A DNA stretch of 64,000 bases from Bacillales bacterium UBA784 (GTDB lineage Bacteria > Bacillota_I > Bacilli_A > RFN20 > CAG-288). Position 1 is the first letter of the stretch. Each line of letters starts with the position of its first letter. The position numbers and the translations under genes are program-made. Where the stretch lies: assembly GCA_002297045.1 (NCBI GenBank), contig DBJE01000003.1, positions 65,537 to 129,536 of the forward strand, read 5' to 3'. Positions 18,073 to 27,800 of the stretch are shown here, in pieces. A model generated the notes under the pieces. It had not been told where the DNA came from. It did not search any database and saw only the letters and a program-made list of their open reading frames with translations.

Positions 18073-18355
18073 TTATTTTCTGAATAATTCCGAGTGCGTA
18101 TCAATTCGATAGAGCATTAAAACTAGTACGTTGTTTTGAATCTCATAAATTAGCAACCAGTCCGGTTCGATGCGGCACTCGCGCACTCCTCTATAGTTTC
18201 CCTTAAGATCGTGGTCACTATATCTAGAATTCAAGGTGCCACCATTTGCAAGGATATTAATGACTTCAAACAGCTTATCGAGATTCTTATTCTGCTTTTT
18301 TTGCGAGTTTCAAATCCTTTTTAAACTGACTAGTAAACAATACGTCATATTTCAC
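18073..18355 (-). pseudogene. yafQ: YafQ-family type II toxin (RelE/ParE superfamily), disrupted by a +1 frameshift in an A7 run
   Basis: GTG start overlaps the antitoxin stop (GTGA). Frame 1 reads VKYDVLFTSQFKKDLKLAKK then a stop. Shifting at the A7 run (18296..18302) gives KKQNKNLDKLFEVINILANGGTLNSRYSDHDLKGNYRGVRECRIEPDWLLIYEIQNNVLVLMLYRIDTHSELFRK. Total length is 283 nt (3n+1). Confidence 0.8.
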
Positions 18356-18624
18356 GAATTTAGGGCTGACTTTAGTTCGTCCATGGTGGAATATCGCTTA
18401 GCAGAAGGGTCGGCAACAAGTTTTTTTCCTTCTTCGATTGCCGCAATGGTCGCACTATTGGGATTTTCCACTCTTAAATCGAAGGGAATCCCATGTTCGC
18501 GTATTGACGCTCTTAAAAATATATTGATAGCCGCTGTCCTATTCAGTCCGAGTTCATTGAAAATTGCTTCTGCTTGTTTTTTAGTTTCCTTACCAATTCG
18601 AATATTTAAAGATGTTGTTGCCAT
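18352..18624 (-). CDS. relB: RelB/DinJ-family type II antitoxin
   Basis: MATTSLNIRIGKETKKQAEAIFNELGLNRTAAINIFLRASIREHGIPF, a ribbon-helix-helix DinJ signature. RBS AGGAGG. Confidence 0.85.
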   Translation of the reverse strand: MATTSLNIRIGKETKKQAEAIFNELGLNRTAAINIFLRASIREHGIPFDLRVENPNSATIAAIEEGKKLVADPSAKRYSTMDELKSALNS

Positions 18625-18644
18625 AGAGAATACCTCCTAGTTAA

Positions 18645-18679
18645 TTTATTATATATTTAAAAATGATGATGATGTCAAT
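18645..18679 (-). promoter_or_regulatory. promoter of the relB-yafQ cassette
   Basis: Minus strand: TTGACA then an AT-rich spacer and TATATAAT, then AGGAGG. Two ATTGTA direct repeats lie just upstream (candidate operator). Confidence 0.5.
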
Positions 18680-18754
18680 ATATTGTTATTACAATGTGTG
18701 TACAATAAGAACAACACTACCAAAAAGTAATCTCTTGCTTCGAAATGATCCAAG

Positions 18755-18782
18755 TTAAGTGCTGCCCTAACTCTTCTGCAGG
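18755..18782 (+). repeat. direct repeat copy 2 (TTAAGTGCTGCCCTAACTCTTCTGCAGG)
   Basis: See copy 1; 777 bp apart, bracketing relB-yafQ. Confidence 0.85.
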
Positions 18783-19288
18783 CATTCATCGAAGACCATG
18801 CCTAAAACCTCTAAAGGGGATTCCAGTCGGTCTTATCGGTATATTTCGGAAGTCGATACAATCCTTATTGTAAGGGACAGCATTTCCAGAATTTTGACTC
18901 CATATGGCCGCTCTTGACGGTCGAAAGATTGCTTGACGATAAGGCAATCCTGCTGGTGTGCATCATAAACGGAGGAAAGGCCTTTGCTTCTGTCTGCATT
19001 GTGATTGTATTTGCTAAGTGCAGAAAAAACATTAGATGGCTTTGCACCGTGAAGCAATGCTGCGAGCGTCTTCTATATGATGGCAAAATTAGGCCATGCA
19101 AGCCGGTTGCTGACGCTGAACTAAGGTTGTCCTTTTGGCTGAAAAAGAAAGAAGATTGGAAATCCGGTGCGTTTCTGTCCCATATAAGGTGAGTAGAGGA
19201 AAAGAGAGGAAATATTTCTTTACTTTAATCGCCCTAAAGGATAAAATGACAAGTGGCCTTTCTCATCAAAGGCCATATACTTTCTTGC

Positions 19289-19312
19289 CGGCTCCTGATG
19301 TAGAGTCGGCCG
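19289..19312 (+). promoter_or_regulatory. hairpin in the rpsF 5' leader (possible S6:S18 autoregulatory leader)
   Basis: GCCGGCTC-ctgatgta-GAGTCGGC (8 bp, one G-U) about 15 nt before the GGGAGG RBS of rpsF. Assignment to the known rpsF leader family is untested. Confidence 0.3.
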
Positions 19313-19337
19313 AAAGACCACAGGGAGGTATAAACAC

Positions 19338-19622
19338 ATGAAGAAATACGAACTCATGTACATCCTTATGCCCACTCTTAGCGATGAGGAACTCGAGAAG
19401 GAAAACGAAAAACTTCAGAAGCTTCTCACGGACAATGGTGCCCAGATCACCGGCGTCAATAAGTGGGGAAGGAGAGACCTGGCCTATGAAATCAAGAAGC
19501 AGACCAAAGGCTACTATGTCGTCGTCGATTTCACCGCTGAAGGTAAGATCGTCGAACAGGCAAACAAAGTCAGGCTTCTTGACGAAAAGGTCATGCGTTT
19601 CCTTTTCACTCTTGCTCATTAA
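19338..19622 (+). CDS. rpsF: 30S ribosomal protein S6
   Basis: MKKYELMYIL...WG.RDLAYEI signature. Conserved rpsF-ssb-rpsR order. Confidence 0.95.
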   Translation: MKKYELMYILMPTLSDEELEKENEKLQKLLTDNGAQITGVNKWGRRDLAYEIKKQTKGYYVVVDFTAEGKIVEQANKVRLLDEKVMRFLFTLAH

Positions 19623-19647
19623 TAGCAATAGGTAAAGGAGATTAGCT

Positions 19648-20097
19648 ATGGCTGGAATGAATCGTGTCGTCTTAGTCGGAAGAATGGTCCGTGACCCGGA
19701 AAGGAAACGGACAAACAGCGGTGCGTCGGTGACTTCGTTCACCATCGCAGTGGATAACCCTGCGAAGACCGGGGGAGAGCGTTCGACAAGCTTCATCCCA
19801 TGCACCTGCTGGAGCAAGACTGCTGAAAATGTCGCCAAATACTGTTCCAAGGGTTCCTTGGTCGGTGTCGACGGCAGACTGAATCAGCGCAGCTACGAAG
19901 ACCGGAACAAGCAGAAACGTTCGGTCATCGAAGTGATTGCCGAGTCGGTTCAGTTCCTTGAGCGGAAAGGTGCCTCCGAAGGTGCCTCTCAGACGGACTT
20001 AGCCGGCGCTCCGAGTGCTTCTAATGAAGCTCCGGACACCAACAGCAATGCTGCCCATGAAGGAATCGATTCTTCGGACGACGATCTTCCGTTCTAG
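19648..20097 (+). CDS. ssb: single-stranded DNA-binding protein
   Basis: OB fold (MNRVVLVGRMVRDPE), acidic C-terminal tip DDDLPF. Confidence 0.95.
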   Translation: MAGMNRVVLVGRMVRDPERKRTNSGASVTSFTIAVDNPAKTGGERSTSFIPCTCWSKTAENVAKYCSKGSLVGVDGRLNQRSYEDRNKQKRSVIEVIAESVQFLERKGASEGASQTDLAGAPSASNEAPDTNSNAAHEGIDSSDDDLPF

Positions 20098-20130
20098 CTT
20101 CGGCTCAAATGAAAGGATGGAAAAACAAAT

Positions 20131-20358
20131 ATGTTCAAAAGAATGAAACCTCGCAAAAAGGTTTGCTACTTCACTAAGAACCATATCAAGTACATCGATT
20201 ACAAAGATGTCGATCTGTTAAAGAAGTACATCTCGCCTAGCGGCAAGATCACTCCTAAGCGGATCACCGGCACTTCGGCAAAGTACCAGCGCAGGCTGGC
20301 CGATGCCATCAAGCGTGCCCGTTTCATGGCTCTGTTACCGTTCGTTTCCGATAACTAA
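20131..20358 (+). CDS. rpsR: 30S ribosomal protein S18
   Basis: KKVCYFT...[46 protein letters not shown]. Confidence 0.95.
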   Translation: MFKRMKPRKKVCYFTKNHIKYIDYKDVDLLKKYISPSGKITPKRITGTSAKYQRRLADAIKRARFMALLPFVSDN

Positions 20359-20370
20359 ACAAACCAAGGA

Positions 20371-20399
20371 AAAGCCCGGATGCATCACCGGGCTTTTTT
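20371..20399 (+). terminator. rho-independent terminator after rpsR
   Basis: AGCCCGG-atgcatca-CCGGGCT followed by TTTTTC. Confidence 0.75.
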
Positions 20400-20428
20400 C
20401 TTTCTCAGGAAACGGATAAAATAAAGCC

Positions 20429-21142
20429 ATGATCAAAAATTACCAGAAAGACTTCGATTATTCCTATACGGAAGGCTTCTTTCCCACCTTTGAACTGATA
20501 GAGAATAGGAATGACCGATTGCGTCTTGTCTATGTTTCCCCGGATGCCCTTGACACTCCCGGCTATAGGAAACTGAAGGGCAGGGTAGAGGAGAAGAAAA
20601 TCGTTGTCTCCGCAAAGGCCTTCGCCATAACGAAGAGCAAGGAAAATGCCCACGTTCTTGGTGTATTCGGCAAGTTCCAAAGCAAGCTTGATCCTTCTCT
20701 CTGCCATCTTGTCAGGGTGAATCCATCGGACAGGGGAAATCTAGGAAACGCAAGGCGGACCCTTCTCGCCTTCGGCTTCCACGACCTTGCCTTAATTACC
20801 CCCTGTGCAGACTATTTCTCCCCGAAGGCCGTCCGGGCCTCAAGGGGTGCTCTTTTCCATCTCCGGATTGAGGCCTTTCCTTCGTTCCAGGATTATTTGA
20901 AATCCTATCCACGGCCTTATTATCCCTTTGTCCTTCGACAGAGCAGACCGCTTAAGGAAGTCTCTTTTGCTAACCCCTGTTCCCTTGTCTTTGGAAACGA
21001 GGCGAGCGGCCTTCCGGAAAGCATCTACAACGAAAACAATGTCCGGATCGAGCAGAGCGATGAAGTCGATAGTCTGAATCTGACGACTTCGATTGCCATC
21101 GGACTATATGAACTGAAAAGGCAGCTTAGCCTATTTCAATAG
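20429..21142 (+). CDS. TrmH/SpoU-family RNA 2'-O-methyltransferase
   Basis: NPSD.GNLGN..RT, VRAS-AGG-GALFHL (RASMG motif if AGG=Met), LVFGNEASGL, SLNLTTSIAIGLYE. Confidence 0.85.
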   Translation: MIKNYQKDFDYSYTEGFFPTFELIENRNDRLRLVYVSPDALDTPGYRKLKGRVEEKKIVVSAKAFAITKSKENAHVLGVFGKFQSKLDPSLCHLVRVNPSDRGNLGNARRTLLAFGFHDLALITPCADYFSPKAVRASRGALFHLRIEAFPSFQDYLKSYPRPYYPFVLRQSRPLKEVSFANPCSLVFGNEASGLPESIYNENNVRIEQSDEVDSLNLTTSIAIGLYELKRQLSLFQ

Positions 21143-21682
21143 GCTAAGCTGCTCCTGATTATGGTCGACTAGGGTGACTTTCTCTCGGCCTAGCCAGTCT
21201 TCTTTGTTCTTTGTGAGAGACAGGAAAAGATCTTTGTCCTTTTTTGCAAAGCACCTTGGCCTTCTTGGATGGCAGGCATAGACAAGAAGGGAAGGCTTTT
21301 CGGTAAGAATGACAAAGTTGTTATTGTGGTAGATACCTGCTAGATAGAATAGTTTATTCTTTTCCTCAGTGAAATAATGTAGTTTCTTTTCTTTGTCGTA
21401 CTCAAAAAATCCGCTCACAGGGACAAGAAGGCGTCTGTTTCTATAGTCGTCGCGGAACAGGGACTTCTCCTCTATGGTCTCTATCCGGGCATTGACGACT
21501 TCCTTTTCAAAGAGCGGATAGCCGAAACTCGGATAGAAGATAGAATAGGATCCTTCTTCCTTTCTTAGGCAGAGCGCTCTCCTTTTCGGAACGATTGTCT
21601 CTTCACAAAAACCGCCCTCGTACCCTTTTAGGGCAGAGAAGGCGGTTTTCCTTTGCGTGGTCAAAGTGAAACGGCGGCACAT
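21131..21682 (-). CDS. SOS-response-associated peptidase (SRAP/YedK-like abasic-site processing protein)
   Basis: N-terminal MC(R)RF with catalytic Cys2, NARIETI, LVPVSGFFEY, HP-R-AGG-P (HxRMP motif). Confidence 0.85.
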   Translation of the reverse strand: MCRRFTLTTQRKTAFSALKGYEGGFCEETIVPKRRALCLRKEEGSYSIFYPSFGYPLFEKEVVNARIETIEEKSLFRDDYRNRRLLVPVSGFFEYDKEKKLHYFTEEKNKLFYLAGIYHNNNFVILTEKPSLLVYACHPRRPRCFAKKDKDLFLSLTKNKEDWLGREKVTLVDHNQEQLSLLK

Positions 21683-21690
21683 GGAAGAAG

Positions 21691-23184
21691 CTAGATCCCC
21701 TTAAGGATCAGTGCAGTGAAGACAAAGAAGCAGACAATGGACATGATATCCCTGATTGTAGAAAGAAGAGGCTGAGACCTTACGGCCGGATCGAGATGAA
21801 GCTTCTTTGCCACCCTAGGCAAAGAGCAGGCAAGGACCTTGGCGATGATGATGGAGAAAAAGTAGGTTGCGGCAGAGGCAAGAGAGAGAAGAACGTAGAC
21901 AAGCCTCTCGTTTCCGCCATATTGGTTCTGGATGTAATTGATCGACTCCTGGCTCTTTGTCAGAAGAGGAGTGGAGATTTCAAGCCTTGTCCAGCCAAAG
22001 GCGACGACGGCCAAGATGGCCCCGGTTACCCTTGCCGCTCTTGCCTCCTTCCACAGAGCCTTACCGAAATTCTTATCCGTAATGTTTCCTAGCGCCCTCT
22101 CTCGGATTGTGACGGCAGAGGTCTGGTCGGTAGCGTTTCCGTTGGCGGCCATGATGCTCGGAAGCAAGGTGATTAGGAGCGGAAAGACGGCCAAAGGCGC
22201 CTGTAGGTTCGCCATGACGATGGAAGTGAAGGTGTCTAAGGCGAGAAGTCCGATCAGCCAGACCGCATAGTTCTTCACCCTCTTCCTGATGTTCAGCTTC
22301 CTATAGGGAGTTTCGCTAGGAAGGACGGCGGCGGAAAGGGCGATATCCTCGGTGATTTCGTCGCTGGCGACATCCATGGCATCATCGAAGGTGATGATGC
22401 CTAGCCTTCTTTGGTCATTGTTGACGACCGGAATGACGGAAACATCATACTTCCGGAAGGCCTTGATGACCACTTCCTGGTCGGTGTTGACGTTGGCGGA
22501 GATGATTTCGGTATTCCTGATAGCTTTCCTGGTGTCATTTCCATCTGCCTCGATCAGTTTGTCGAGAGTGACGGTCCCGACAAGCCGGCGGGTGTTATCG
22601 GTGACGAAAAGCTCCCAGATCGTTTCCTTGTCTTCTCCGTTCTCCCGTATCTTCTTGATGGCATGTTCGACACTGTCCGTGTCTTTCAGCTCAAGATATT
22701 CCGGTGTCCTTATTGTGCCGGCTGAGTCGTCCTTGAAATTTAAATAGGTGGAAACAAGCTGTCTGTCTTCCGGAGAAGTTGCCTTTAGTACCTTAGTGAT
22801 TAGATTGGAGGGTAAATCATCCACGAAGTCGACAAGGTCATCCTTTGCCCTAGGTTCGACAAGGTCGTGGAGTTCGGCGGAAGAAAAGGCGGAGACGACT
22901 TCCTCCTTCGATTCCTGGCTAAGGTGGGTGAAGACTTCGGCGGAATAATCGCTTTTGACGCTCTTAAAGAAGAAGAGCCTCTCTTCCGGATCGAGGGTCT
23001 CGACCGCCTTAGCGACGTTGATGGGGTCATAGGTCTCTACCCTGATATTGAGGATGTTGGTGTTCTTGTTGTGGATAATGGCTTTTAAGGCATCACTGGA
23101 AAGAGGATGGTTGACTCTTCCCTTGATGCTTTCGTCTGCCTTGATTTCCTCGACCTTTTTCTGGTCGTTTTTTTCTTTTTTCAT
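21691..23184 (-). CDS. mgtE: magnesium transporter MgtE (paralog 1)
   Basis: MgtE N-domain, CBS pair (VIPVVNNDQRRLGIITFDD), C-terminal five-TM channel domain. Confidence 0.9.
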   Translation of the reverse strand: MKKEKNDQKKVEEIKADESIKGRVNHPLSSDALKAIIHNKNTNILNIRVETYDPINVAKAVETLDPEERLFFFKSVKSDYSAEVFTHLSQESKEEVVSAFSSAELHDLVEPRAKDDLVDFVDDLPSNLITKVLKATSPEDRQLVSTYLNFKDDSAGTIRTPEYLELKDTDSVEHAIKKIRENGEDKETIWELFVTDNTRRLVGTVTLDKLIEADGNDTRKAIRNTEIISANVNTDQEVVIKAFRKYDVSVIPVVNNDQRRLGIITFDDAMDVASDEITEDIALSAAVLPSETPYRKLNIRKRVKNYAVWLIGLLALDTFTSIVMANLQAPLAVFPLLITLLPSIMAANGNATDQTSAVTIRERALGNITDKNFGKALWKEARAARVTGAILAVVAFGWTRLEISTPLLTKSQESINYIQNQYGGNERLVYVLLSLASAATYFFSIIIAKVLACSLPRVAKKLHLDPAVRSQPLLSTIRDIMSIVCFFVFTALILKGI

Positions 23185-23197
23185 CTCTCTTCCCTCC

Positions 23198-24772
23198 TTA
23201 ATGGACGACGGACTGAATTGTGGCTATGGCCAGAGGAATTTCGCCTGGATCAATGGAATTGATGATTAGCGTGGCAATTCCAAAGTATAGAAGCAGGGTG
23301 ACGATATCCCTTAAGGAAGTCCTAAGCGGCCCTGACCTTACGGCCGGATCGATATGTAGGGCCTTGGCAAGAAGAGGAAGCCTTGAGGCAAAGAACTTCG
23401 AGAAAGTGATGCCGACAAAGAGGGCAGTCGAGGTGATGGCCGCAATGACGAGATACACCATCTGCTTATTGTTTCCAAAGGCAGCCATGAAGGCCTGATT
23501 GGTAGTAAAGCTCTGGGCATCGGAGCCAAGAAGGCCAGGGATGTTTAACTCCGCGATGACCCATCCGAAGTTGAAGACGGCCGAGAGAAGTCCGGTGATG
23601 GCTCCGACATAGAGTTCACGCCTAGAGGCTTTAAAATAATCTTTCTTGTTCAGCTCCCCTGTGGCCATGGCACGGATGACCATGGAGGCGGTCTGACTTG
23701 AGGAATTGCCGACCGAGTCGTTTAAGGCAGGAATGAAGGCGGTGAGGACAGGAAGGGTCGTCAAGGCTAGCTCGAACCGGTTTAGGACGATGCTAGAGAA
23801 GGTATTGATAATCAAAAGGATGACAAGCCAGATGACATAGGAGAAGGCAATCTTGTAGACCTTGTTCTGCCTATAGGGAGTCTTGCTTGGAGCGACGGCG
23901 CCCTGATGAAGGATATCTTCGGATGCCTCTTCCTCAAGGACGTCCATCACATCGTCGAAGGTGACGATTCCAAGCCTTTCCCCGTTTTTGCTGACAACAG
24001 GAAGGACAGGAAGATCGTACTCTTTACAAATCGGAACGGCACTTTCCTTATCCGCGACAGGCGAGATGAAGGAGAAGTCCTTCGACCTGACCTGGTCGAT
24101 TTTTTCCTCCGGTTTTTCAAACCTCAGCGATTCAAGGCGCTCGGTGCCAAGCAGCTTGTTCTTTTCGTCAACGACGAAAATCGTCCGGACGGTCTCAAGC
24201 TGGTTTCCGATGGCTTTGATCTTGTTCCTGACGTCTTTCACTGTCGTTCCGGAGAGGACGGAGAGATATTCCGTCGTCCTGATGGAACCGACGGTATCGT
24301 CGGAGAAGCGGGCGAGTTCTTCGATGACCTGTCGCCGTTTACTCGGAAGATAGGAAAGAATTTTGCTTCTTAGTGTCTTCGTGATATCTTCGAAGAAGTC
24401 GGCAAGGTCGTCGTTTGAGACGTTGGCCAGAACGGCCTGCACGGTTTTCTTGGGCAGGGAAGAGACAAGTGTCCTTCTTTCTTCGACGGACAGGTAGGAG
24501 AACCTCTCACCTAGTTTATCGTAGTCGAAATTGATGATGGAATAGAAAAGGACTATCTGATCATCATCGAGGGGAAGAAGGGAATCGGCAAGCTGAACCG
24601 CCGAATGGCTCTTGAACAGAGTGAGGAGCGTCCCATTGTCATCATGGATCAGGGCTTCGTGAAGCTCACTGCTTAAGGAAGAACTATCATCAAGGAGAAG
24701 ACTGCCCGATGCCTGTTCTTTCTGGTCAGTCCCGTTTTCTTCCGGTAATGTGTTTTTTTCTTTGTTTTCCAT
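23198..24772 (-). CDS. mgtE: magnesium transporter MgtE (paralog 2)
   Basis: Same architecture (LPVLPVVSKNGERLGIVTFDD, TM domain), clearly diverged from paralog 1. 13-nt gap between the two genes. Confidence 0.9.
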   Translation of the reverse strand: MENKEKNTLPEENGTDQKEQASGSLLLDDSSSLSSELHEALIHDDNGTLLTLFKSHSAVQLADSLLPLDDDQIVLFYSIINFDYDKLGERFSYLSVEERRTLVSSLPKKTVQAVLANVSNDDLADFFEDITKTLRSKILSYLPSKRRQVIEELARFSDDTVGSIRTTEYLSVLSGTTVKDVRNKIKAIGNQLETVRTIFVVDEKNKLLGTERLESLRFEKPEEKIDQVRSKDFSFISPVADKESAVPICKEYDLPVLPVVSKNGERLGIVTFDDVMDVLEEEASEDILHQGAVAPSKTPYRQNKVYKIAFSYVIWLVILLIINTFSSIVLNRFELALTTLPVLTAFIPALNDSVGNSSSQTASMVIRAMATGELNKKDYFKASRRELYVGAITGLLSAVFNFGWVIAELNIPGLLGSDAQSFTTNQAFMAAFGNNKQMVYLVIAAITSTALFVGITFSKFFASRLPLLAKALHIDPAVRSGPLRTSLRDIVTLLLYFGIATLIINSIDPGEIPLAIATIQSVVH

Positions 24773-24811
24773 AAAGTGTCCCGTTCTTTCGTCGCTTTAT
24801 TATAACAACGG

Positions 24812-24848
24812 AAAAAAGCAAGTGGTATCGCACGCACTTGCTTTTTTT
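24812..24848 (-). terminator. terminator after addA (hairpin flanked by A and T runs, potentially bidirectional)
   Basis: AAAAAA-GCAAGTG-loop-CACTTGC-TTTTTTT. A TATAAT for mgtE lies just downstream. Confidence 0.7.
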
Positions 24849-24878
24849 CTGATAGTGCTTCCTTATAGGAAGCAGGAC

Positions 24879-27800
24879 TTATTCGACTTGGATTTCTTTC
24901 TCCTTGGCCCTGAGAAGAGAGAGTAGGAAAAGACGGATGTTCTCTTTTTTTGTGCCAAAGAGCTTTTCGACGACATGCTGGTAGACATGGAGCTGGTCTT
25001 CATAGGCGGGATCATCGATTTCCTTTGTCTTATAGTCAACGATGTAATAGGTCCCTTCATAGAGGAAGAGAAGATCGATAGAGCCCTGCCTTTCTTCCTC
25101 TTCGCTTAGGTCATAGCTTAGCTCCTGCCGATAGGAAGAAGCCTTTTTTGCCTTCTGCCTTAACGGAGTAGAGAAGACTTTATTGATGGCATCCTTCCTC
25201 TTTTTGTCGCTAAGGAAGGATAAGTCCGGATTTTTCAGATTGATGCCCTGCCTGATTTCATGGAGTCTTGTTCCAAAGTCAAGCAGACGGTTTTCCCTTC
25301 TTTCGTCTTGGGTCAGTTTCTTGGAAGCACGGATTCTCTTCTTTTCCTCAAAGCCGAGGTCATCGTCGTTTAAGGTTCCGCTTTCCTTGCCGGGGATAGG
25401 ATAGAGGAATTCGTCTTGTTTCCCTTTCCCAGAACACTTGTTGTCTTTTACTGAGTCATAGATGGCATAGGGGATCTCCTCATCATCGAGATAATAGTGG
25501 CTTCTTGTCACATATTCGATTCTATTTGACGGATTGTTTTCAGTCCTGATGTTGACAAGGGAAAGAAGGAAGGCTTTATTGATTCTTTTCAGTCTATCTT
25601 TTTTATTCTTGATGTTCTTCCTTCCTAGCTTAAGGCAGTCACCTTCCTTTAGTCCATCGAGAATGTCACGGAGGAAAGCTTCTCTGCCATCCTTGTTCCT
25701 CTTTTTCCTTTGTTCCTCAAAGGATGCGGATGCGGAATCCTCGTCTTCATCGCTGCCCTGATCTTCATCGCTTTCCTCCTCATCCTCATCCCTTGTAGGG
25801 GTAAGAGAATCAAGATAATCGTTCAGCTGATTGAAGGTGGTTAAGTCTTTCTTCAGATAATGGAAGGCAAACAGGGCACTGATTTGGTCAAGAGTAGGGT
25901 TCGATTCAAGGAATCTGTTCCGGTATTGGTTACCTAAGACCTCCCTGATTCCCTCCCTTTGTTCTTCATAGAGACTGCTATAGTACGGAAGAAGAACCTC
26001 GTTTTTAAAGCGGTCATATAATGCCTGATTTTCCCCTTTTAGATTGCTGATAGGGAAGGAGAGAGAGGCAAGGTCTTTTTTCCGCTCTTCCAGTGCATCC
26101 TTCCTCTCTTTGTTGATCAGAAGAGGGTTCCTTTCTTTGATGTGTGGGAGCCTATTCCTCCTATATTGGGCGTTTTCCTTTTTCTTATCCGTGGAATCCT
26201 TTTCCCCGTCTCCGACAAAGATGAGATTGTTCTCGGCACGGGTTAAGGCGACATAGAAGAGACGGACGTGTTCGTCTCTCTCTTCTTTCTTTAAATCTTC
26301 CCTCTTATACCTTTTATAGTTGAAGGGATAGATATCCTTATCCGGGAAGGAGAGAAGATCCCCGTCTCGATTGTACTTTGGATTAATCCGGTAATCGGGA
26401 AGGAGAATTCCGTATTTCAGGGAGAAGTCATAGTCCGGCTTTGTCCTCTGATTTACTTTTGTCCTCTTGTTTTGGTAAATCGGCCTATAGAGGATATTCC
26501 TTTCAAGACCCTTAGAACCATGGATAGTCCTTAAATTGACGGCATCCTCGTTCCTAACGGAAGACTTATCGAGAAGCTCGACTTTGTACTTGTTCCTGTT
26601 CTGCCTTAAGGAGAGGAAGCCATCCCTTCCTTCTCCCCTCTCTTCCTGGTTTTTAATCCTTGCCTGCCTGGATTCAAGTTTTGCCAAGGAAACGGAGACA
26701 TTGCCGAGCGTATAGAGCTTATCGATGATGGAGAAGGAGGAGAGCCTATTGGTGAAGATCAGGGAGAAAGGATTATCTTGGTTATCCTGGATGAACTGTT
26801 TCCTCTTTGAAAAAAGAGGATCCTTTAGGACTAAGTCAAGAGTCCCCTGCGGCTTATCGTTGCTCTTGCCATAGGCAAGAATCGGGAAGAGCGTATCATC
26901 GGAATAGTTCCTGATATAACTTCTTGCCACAGAGGCAAAAAGATGTTTGACCTGGCAGGTTGGGTTCTTTCCCCTAAGATAGGCCATTAAAGAGACAAGC
27001 GACTGAACGACAATCACCGGTTCGACCTTGGAAAGAGCATCCTCGGAGATGGAATTCAGCGGAATGTTTCTTTTCTGGAAAACTTCCTGGAAAGAGGAAA
27101 AACTGGATTTCGTTCGGCAGAGGATTCCAAAGTCGGAGTATCTTACCTTGCGGAAAGAGGCCCTGTCCCGGTCATAGATCTGGTAGCCTTCCTTCCTTTT
27201 CTTCTCGATATCGTCAGCGATGGCATTGATTTCCCATTCTCTGCAGTTTTTAGAGTTCTTTGCCCCGTCATAGTCTTCCCGGATAGAAATAATCCGGGAA
27301 ATTCCAAAGGACTTATTCTTCCTCTCCTTGTCCTTGTAAAGGTCGACACCATTATCATAGCTTAACTGCTCACTTTCATCCCTGTAGTCGATTCCGCCAT
27401 GGTCGAGAGTCCTGTACTTTTCAAAGATGGCGTTAATCTGATGGAGAAGGCGGGGCTGGGAACGGTAGTTCTTGTTCCTGGCAATGACTTCTCCGTTCTC
27501 CGGATGGTCGAGATAGTCCTTCTGACGTTTACGGAAGAGCTCGACCTTGGAATTACGGAACCCATAGATGGACTGCTTGGCATCGCCGACACAAAAGAGG
27601 TGCGATCTTGTTCCGTCATCCTTCTTCTGCCTAAGGGAAGAGAGGAACAGTTCCTGGGCATCGTTGGTATCCTGGTATTCATCCACCCTGATGTAGGTGA
27701 AACGGTTACGGATTTCTTTTGCCGCCTTTTCGTATTTTTTATCGGTCCTTAGCCTAAGAGAGAGTCTTCCGATGTCGGCAAAGGTGAAGACGTTGCTTGT

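Noticed and set aside
18833-19192. Overlapping ORFs (74, 78 and 92 aa) between the TA cassette and rpsF. Considered as a frameshifted gene.
   Set aside because: No recognisable motif appears in any frame. The longest frame begins just after a stop with a TTG start and has no RBS. The region is left as possible pseudogene debris; see the mobile-remnant finding.
24773-24878. Expected an M-box (Mg2+) riboswitch upstream of mgtE.
   Set aside because: The intergenic region is only about 105 bp. It is occupied by the addA terminator and a promoter, which is too short for the roughly 160-nt M-box.
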